From the NCBI GenBank assembly GCA_036758085.1, contig DAIOXG010000001.1:8470-70675 (forward strand): 62,206 bases of DNA, written 5' to 3'. The position numbers were made by a program, and so were the translations under genes. The DNA is from Prevotella sp. (lineage in GTDB: Bacteria > Bacteroidota > Bacteroidia > Bacteroidales > Bacteroidaceae). The notes below the pieces were generated by a model. It was not told where the DNA came from. It saw nothing but the letters and a program-made list of their open reading frames with translations, and ran no database searches. This document shows positions 59,501 through 62,206 of this stretch, piece after piece (the first letter of the stretch is position 1; each line of letters begins with the position of its first letter).

Positions 59501-60325
59501 GCGGTACAGGTTGCTGATATTCCTACAATAGCCAATAACACTACGCATGGTCTTCCGAACGCTGACGGTACAGGAGTGCAATTCTCTGTGCGTGACTTCT
59601 CTGCTTACGATGACAACCAAGACGACGGTTTCATGGTATATCCTTCAGCTTCTTCTCCTGCAGATTGGAACGGTAAGCAAAAGACCAAGCTCATCGTTGA
59701 GCACGCAAACAAGATTCTATTGGCTTATGTCATAAATATGGTGGATGCAAATGGTCGCACGATATGGGATGAGCTCGGAAACCCAGACCACATCATCCCT
59801 GAGAATAATACTGAGCTTGCAGACTTGCTTGTCGCTTTAGCCAATATTGGAGGTAGCCCTCGGTGGCGTCAGGTCGCATATCCTGCCGCGTATTCTTGTT
59901 ACCTTATGGAGCCAGAAGCAGATGATTTGCACGACCAATACAAGAGAGGATGCTGGTACTTGCCTGGAGAAGCTGACAAAATTCGTTTGTACATCTTCTT
60001 CCGCAACTCGAGAGCTTTAACTCCAAAAGACACTGGCACACCGACTGCGGCTTACTCTGACGAGGACAACGCAGAACGTGCTCCAGAGCAAACGGAGGCA
60101 AGAAAGCCAATTTATGCAAATGCTCTAAAGCGTTCAGCTGATAAAGCTCTGACTTGTCCTATTGCAATGCCTACACAGTCGGACACTTGGAGTAGCACGG
60201 AGTACGGCGGCTCCAACGTGTGGTACATAAACTTCCGCGACGGCTACGTCCACGCCACCACCTACGACAGCAAGAATAGCTCGCTCGTTGTTAGACCAGT
60301 TGCGGCATTCACATTTGAACTTTAG
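53546..60325 (+). CDS. Giant DGR-target protein: CotH-kinase-like core, LRR-like and Ig-like domains, C-terminal C-type lectin variable region
   Basis: GTDNCSKNTY...QDDMDT; LDLRGTNV; WSLS..TVDANTGVLTV; WYLPG...WSSTEY...VWYINF...VRPVAAF. Confidence 0.85.
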   Translation: MAREFTDISDLLKKVNNEEAASEIEASAVPEEEYLSADEFVNKVVKPIQELQHDSRTNVKAVKFNNVTYEPDEEGTVTFNQMVDQDTYAVRLATDVSSEGTIVKKTGSSIPVNLRYMAIRITTAGDRINYQSVPGTLTIDRSFDGGEYENVLTQGNITSSSENSHDYPIALELGQYCLTGSNTIRIRVSTYYFDENNVRRDIYGETFYQVTAVNLGVKNMANWSQQILASNGMFPLSFAVYGAVEKWLHVQISGSKGTLTQVIRFAANQENPESNPYTWSEQENPTYGILSHGVHAVTAWVSCDDGSGSTGADGYYNGLESDKIISRFMVVNTSASTEALHKPFLMLQQVVTEAANYVRTEICKYAVWIPSATNPEVASLDPLAISIRLTDAADNDTDYMQEFYRSELKVQSSTAYTLDTAIEIENTQQGEAPKEYSAYLRIFRYDDNEDPINFMRESSNIRYQLITIDNSQDFSPVAGAHFFLNPKVRNNSEANWKRIVNQVTGQIIPSTWSSNFGGVIDAWIDDGTGQKVLRTLAGQTINIEYEPWEQFKTNASSLMSLEINFAVRNITAEEDPALDICQAIGQAGQLLGLRMKPLTAFLMAQQHQVENDQDWGFEEGKRTHCVIVLNPQVIAKADDELTWQSQDAAMSPLALAKIYINGYINRELDYPVTSGAWITGAGHGGIKLGCPSADLDIYGIRCYRGIALSAQNVVQNYIASLPTADEKVAVRNANDILDGYGRISYAKVKAKGKRCLTLFGQDNYKLNQDKKKGYPCYWRIDYFDDNGNYIPELSGTICKASYEAFVAGTLGGKKPMYNTAQGSTANTYWDNNEQTKLDKVTYVINVLFSSLHSDFGWKAEMSTPDGEGKCSNPMYFDGSQITPSDYANLTTAQQERVTIDVIDGWIDGNGKYHGQCYTSALGAPLATKLVNKINYASPMQSHKMGATRLYNDVMKAVTGGMALHQTNSKARFAVLEDSFFFFTAHPDDNFKVEYRGLSTFGSGKCDKPTWGYPTNKNAFVFEGANNNLPLCDFRVPADDDVVYDPSEEAWCYNGVESMDYDLGKTESRLDGEGKVIMLDDEAAEFPTQKNEAIFRKYCNFIYTHGTALEYFRGSRTQFEQKYAALVAAMSHDSPTYDPDASEQVADMQKKKYWFSEGSEQFHLVRYDYVRTKWVDAGTFDLNGTNYYTAGAVDLSQDGMTAQAYQDWYNSDDRGDYVKLNKVFRYAIARHAAANFSLVGHAGSHKVHYNLVNFFIAGTDNCSKNTYYHADPNTGLIWLDQDDMDTIFKTDNNGRQTKVYFLDRINDVSDYAAGYKPQIDFEGRASNLFNLIEVMWEELSDELRANMRQILTAMAGLVSASDSIPDVSEKVSAWGCLHKYFFSIQKYFPQVAYNEQARLRYEYPKSFGYISRGNQSRGIDPITQSVGNQLESEVQYMKRRLALIASYACWGDFSSGVNTGVVGLEDSGSSFNVSPGSGRTGGNYVFDVVPHQFLYPTGMADRRAIDPHVRVAPGQHYQFTVATTGEISGDSSVGLAALNYYREIGNVGNMVVGNNSLNLNGSRLTKFIAEPSAGASQFFAPKAIVFTGVPNVEQISMNGSASIYGTLDFSIQARMQTLDLRGTNVSNIVLPQSSAITSVKLGTAMTSINANNLPNLSELTVGNVGDTAPAQHIVSIRIMDCPLVSSQNIVTAAWQSNNEVLDTISVNKIDWSNVASALLQWVTGIQNTDMAGKIAVTSTEIVNAALKLALLNKFGAIDEQTNKLYITYLTRAVVQMRIVTQRFIIQAPGSYPYKVSIFPSQANTFKKIAWSLSANTVGATVDANTGVLTVPNLGSEAANTVAQLTCTVTLLDNTTMSDTINLKLFNRLPKVGDFAYADGEFDAELYYGKNVVGMVYKVTDYDNLTADERARHFEENTEWQTAYENGQKLYEVLVEYKSNVSYKTYDGATTFSSTPWGIFPSNSGGITAAERESIATAVTNAGYAMTAVQVADIPTIANNTTHGLPNADGTGVQFSVRDFSAYDDNQDDGFMVYPSASSPADWNGKQKTKLIVEHANKILLAYVINMVDANGRTIWDELGNPDHIIPENNTELADLLVALANIGGSPRWRQVAYPAAYSCYLMEPEADDLHDQYKRGCWYLPGEADKIRLYIFFRNSRALTPKDTGTPTAAYSDEDNAERAPEQTEARKPIYANALKRSADKALTCPIAMPTQSDTWSSTEYGGSNVWYINFRDGYVHATTYDSKNSSLVVRPVAAFTFEL
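60188..60325 (+). repeat. DGR variable region (VR) and IMH
   Basis: 20 of 23 consecutive codons end in C, as expected for mutated AAC codons, within the CLec motif. Confidence 0.75.
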
Positions 60326-60347
60326 GCTTTTCGCCTTTGAACTTTAA

Positions 60348-60374
60348 GGGGCTGCTCCTTCCGGAGCACGCCCC
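60348..60374 (+). other. GC-rich hairpin downstream of the VR (DGR homing cruciform-like)
   Basis: GGGGCTGCTCC-TTCC-GGAGCA(C)GCCCC. Confidence 0.65.
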
Positions 60375-60445
60375 ACTTAAATCCTCCAGAAGTTCAAACA
60401 ATAACTCTTTTTAGAAAAGAGATAGTTAGAATAAAGATAAAAACT

Positions 60446-60747
60446 ATGTCTGAACAATATCAGCAAGAAATATCATCGGAAAGTTCGGAGTTCAGTTTTT
60501 CGGAACGTGTTGTAGGTTTCTCAAGATTGATGCTTGTTAAAGAGTTAGATACTGCGGATTGCTTCAGAATACAAACTGTGCTAAATTCTTACTTAGGATT
60601 TGCTAAAGGCAAACGCACTTATAATAGAAGGAAGCAATTACTACAAATGTTGCCACCAGAGTTTTATAAAGTGCCGTAAAACACACAGGTCTTTACGAAG
60701 GTATCAAGACAAGAAAGAAGAATAAACCACTTAAATTGGAATTATAA
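60446..60747 (+). pseudogene. Remnant of a DGR reverse transcriptase C-terminus
   Basis: VLNSYLGFAKGKRTYNRRKQLL; a shifted frame TGLYEGIKTRKK...LEL* ends in a TAATG overlap; no YxDD core. Confidence 0.7.
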
Positions 60748-61196
60748 TGACAGTCAAGTTAAGCATAGCCTCTTCAGAAGAAGCTCCAATGACAATAATA
60801 CGCTCCTTCTTATCAAGAGCAGAGAACATTACTCTTTCTCTTAGCACGGCTAAAGACGGAGAAGTTTATGAGTATTCGTCTTTAGACATCATCAACGAAG
60901 GAAGCCGATTGTCGCTGACACAGCTGCTTAAAATAGTCGATTCTAAGGGCATTACTCTGACTGCTCAAGAACTTGCTAACGTATCGTTGGATTATGGTGT
61001 TTCAGAACGTGACGAGCTTATAGTTGTTCTGATTCGCACAAAGTACACTGTCGATGCTGAACTTGCAGTACAGAGAAAGGCTATCCAGGGAAATCTAACT
61101 GAGTTCGAAGAATACTCTGCGTTCGTTCAAAGATGCAAGAATCTTGCAACGGCTGCAGTAGCACTTTTTCCAAAAGAACAGGAGGACGAGGCATGA
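60747..61196 (+). CDS. Hypothetical tail-associated protein
   Basis: LIRTKYTVDAELAVQR...EFEEYSAFVQRCK. Confidence 0.65.
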   Translation: MTVKLSIASSEEAPMTIIRSFLSRAENITLSLSTAKDGEVYEYSSLDIINEGSRLSLTQLLKIVDSKGITLTAQELANVSLDYGVSERDELIVVLIRTKYTVDAELAVQRKAIQGNLTEFEEYSAFVQRCKNLATAAVALFPKEQEDEA

Positions 61197-61612
61197 AGAA
61201 AGCACCATCTACAGTAGCGCTGCAATACTATGCGTTCTTTGCAGACGTAGCGCTTACTTCATACTTGCTGTTCCGGAGCAAAGAGCAGCAAGCAGTTATC
61301 GAAGACAGTGCAGCATTTTGGATTGTCTCTTCTCTGATTATAACATCGATGTTACTGCTCTTCGCAATTCTTATAAGAAAGAAGATGTGCATCTTAAATC
61401 AGTTGTGCATAGTGTTCGACTTGGTTGCGACAGAGTACATTCTAAGTAAGATGTTCTTCAACTTCTCAAACTACGATACAATACTCGCTTATATAGGTGT
61501 CGTAATTGCGTTTGCTCTTATCTTCTCAACGATATGTATAGTGCTCAATGCAATTTGGCAACACAACAGAAAAGAGAGTCGAAGAAAGAGCAGACAAAAA
61601 TTCTATTTTTGA
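61193..61612 (+). CDS. 4-TM membrane protein
   Basis: ATGA coupling; hydrophobic segments. Confidence 0.6.
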   Translation: MKKAPSTVALQYYAFFADVALTSYLLFRSKEQQAVIEDSAAFWIVSSLIITSMLLLFAILIRKKMCILNQLCIVFDLVATEYILSKMFFNFSNYDTILAYIGVVIAFALIFSTICIVLNAIWQHNRKESRRKSRQKFYF

Positions 61613-61700
61613 GAGCAGTTAGCGCGCGTTACGTGTAATTTATTACCATCGTTGTGTTTGTCGTTTGTGGGCGGCTTGTGCTTGACTTTTTGGGCAATTT
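61597..61700 (+). repeat. Dispersed tripartite element, copy 8
   Basis: AAAAATTCTATTTTTGAGAGC...GTAATTTATTAC...TCGTTTGTGG. Confidence 0.7.
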
Positions 61701-61753
61701 TTGGTAGAACTTAAAGTAAAATTTTTCCGAAAATAAGAAATTAAGAAAATTGC

Positions 61754-62206
61754 ATGAGTTTATTAAAGTACAAGCTAAAACGATATCAAGCGCAAGACAT
61801 CAAATTTCTAATAGAAGCAGAACGTGCTTGTGTTTTCAACGTCCCAGGCTCTGGTAAGACGCCAACAGCTTTGGGATGTTTCCAGTTATTATCAAATAAC
61901 GGTTATACTCACTTCATAGTAGTTGCAGAGCCATCACTACTGTATCAGTGGCGAGACGAAATCGAGAAGTTCACTGACTTGCAGCCCTATGTGTGCAAAT
62001 CTCTTACGAAAAGTAAGCGCGACGCGTTGTACAAGCAGTGGTCGGACAGTAAAGAGCCAGGCATCTTAGTTATCGGCTATCCTTCTCTAAGAATGGATTA
62101 TGGAGAGCTTTATCAACTTTGCTATAATAACAAGATAAAATCAAAAGGAGCATTAGTCTATGATGAAGCAGCTGTATTGTCTAATAACAACCAGACTTCA
62201 CTAAAC
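61754..62206 (+). CDS. SNF2-family helicase, N-terminal part (runs off the window)
   Basis: Read manually: LKRYQ, PGSGKT, PSLLYQWRDEIEKF, VYDEAA. Confidence 0.85.
   Translation, partial: MSLLKYKLKRYQAQDIKFLIEAERACVFNVPGSGKTPTALGCFQLLSNNGYTHFIVVAEPSLLYQWRDEIEKFTDLQPYVCKSLTKSKRDALYKQWSDSKEPGILVIGYPSLRMDYGELYQLCYNNKIKSKGALVYDEAAVLSNNNQTSLN

Noticed and set aside
1073..62206. Genome-wide stop-codon reassignment
   Set aside because: Very long ORFs are open under code 11, and TGA, TAG and TAA all end genes with tight ATGA/TAATG coupling.
60326..62206. Active, complete DGR
   Set aside because: No template repeat or RT catalytic core was seen; only remnants are present.
1..62206. tRNA/rRNA genes, integrase or att sites
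   Set aside because: None recognised by eye; a tRNA scan was not possible.

Overview
This window is about 62 kb of a large tailed dsDNA phage genome. It is siphovirus-like (tape measure present, no tail sheath) and probably infects a Bacteroidota host, judged from a TAnnTTTG promoter, SD-less A-rich starts and recognisable gene families. Essentially all genes lie on the + strand. Layout: a repeat-rich control region (1-1 kb) with a 13-bp tandem array and a parS-like site; about 14 kb of small accessory genes (HAD phosphatase, Tad2/DUF2829-like, MazG-like, ThyX-like, GNAT, several decayed ORFs); a stand-alone TnpB element; lysis genes interleaved with luxS, followed by an MTA/SAH nucleosidase (pfs), a DNA methyltransferase and dnaX; a split large terminase, portal, scaffold, capsid, neck and tail genes; two giant tail-associated proteins; and a truncated SNF2 helicase. 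The most notable observations are (1) a complete phage-borne methyltransferase-Pfs-LuxS (SAH to AI-2) pathway beside the lysis genes; (2) a co-oriented ~100-bp tripartite element with fixed internal spacing, present at least 8 times; (3) a relic diversity-generating retroelement with VR and hairpin intact but TR and most of the RT missing; (4) a shared N-terminal LYxxA[FY]DG motif on scaffold, capsid and tail tube proteins; and (5) an internally deleted amidase endolysin pseudogene. All family assignments come from motif recognition by eye; no database searches were run.
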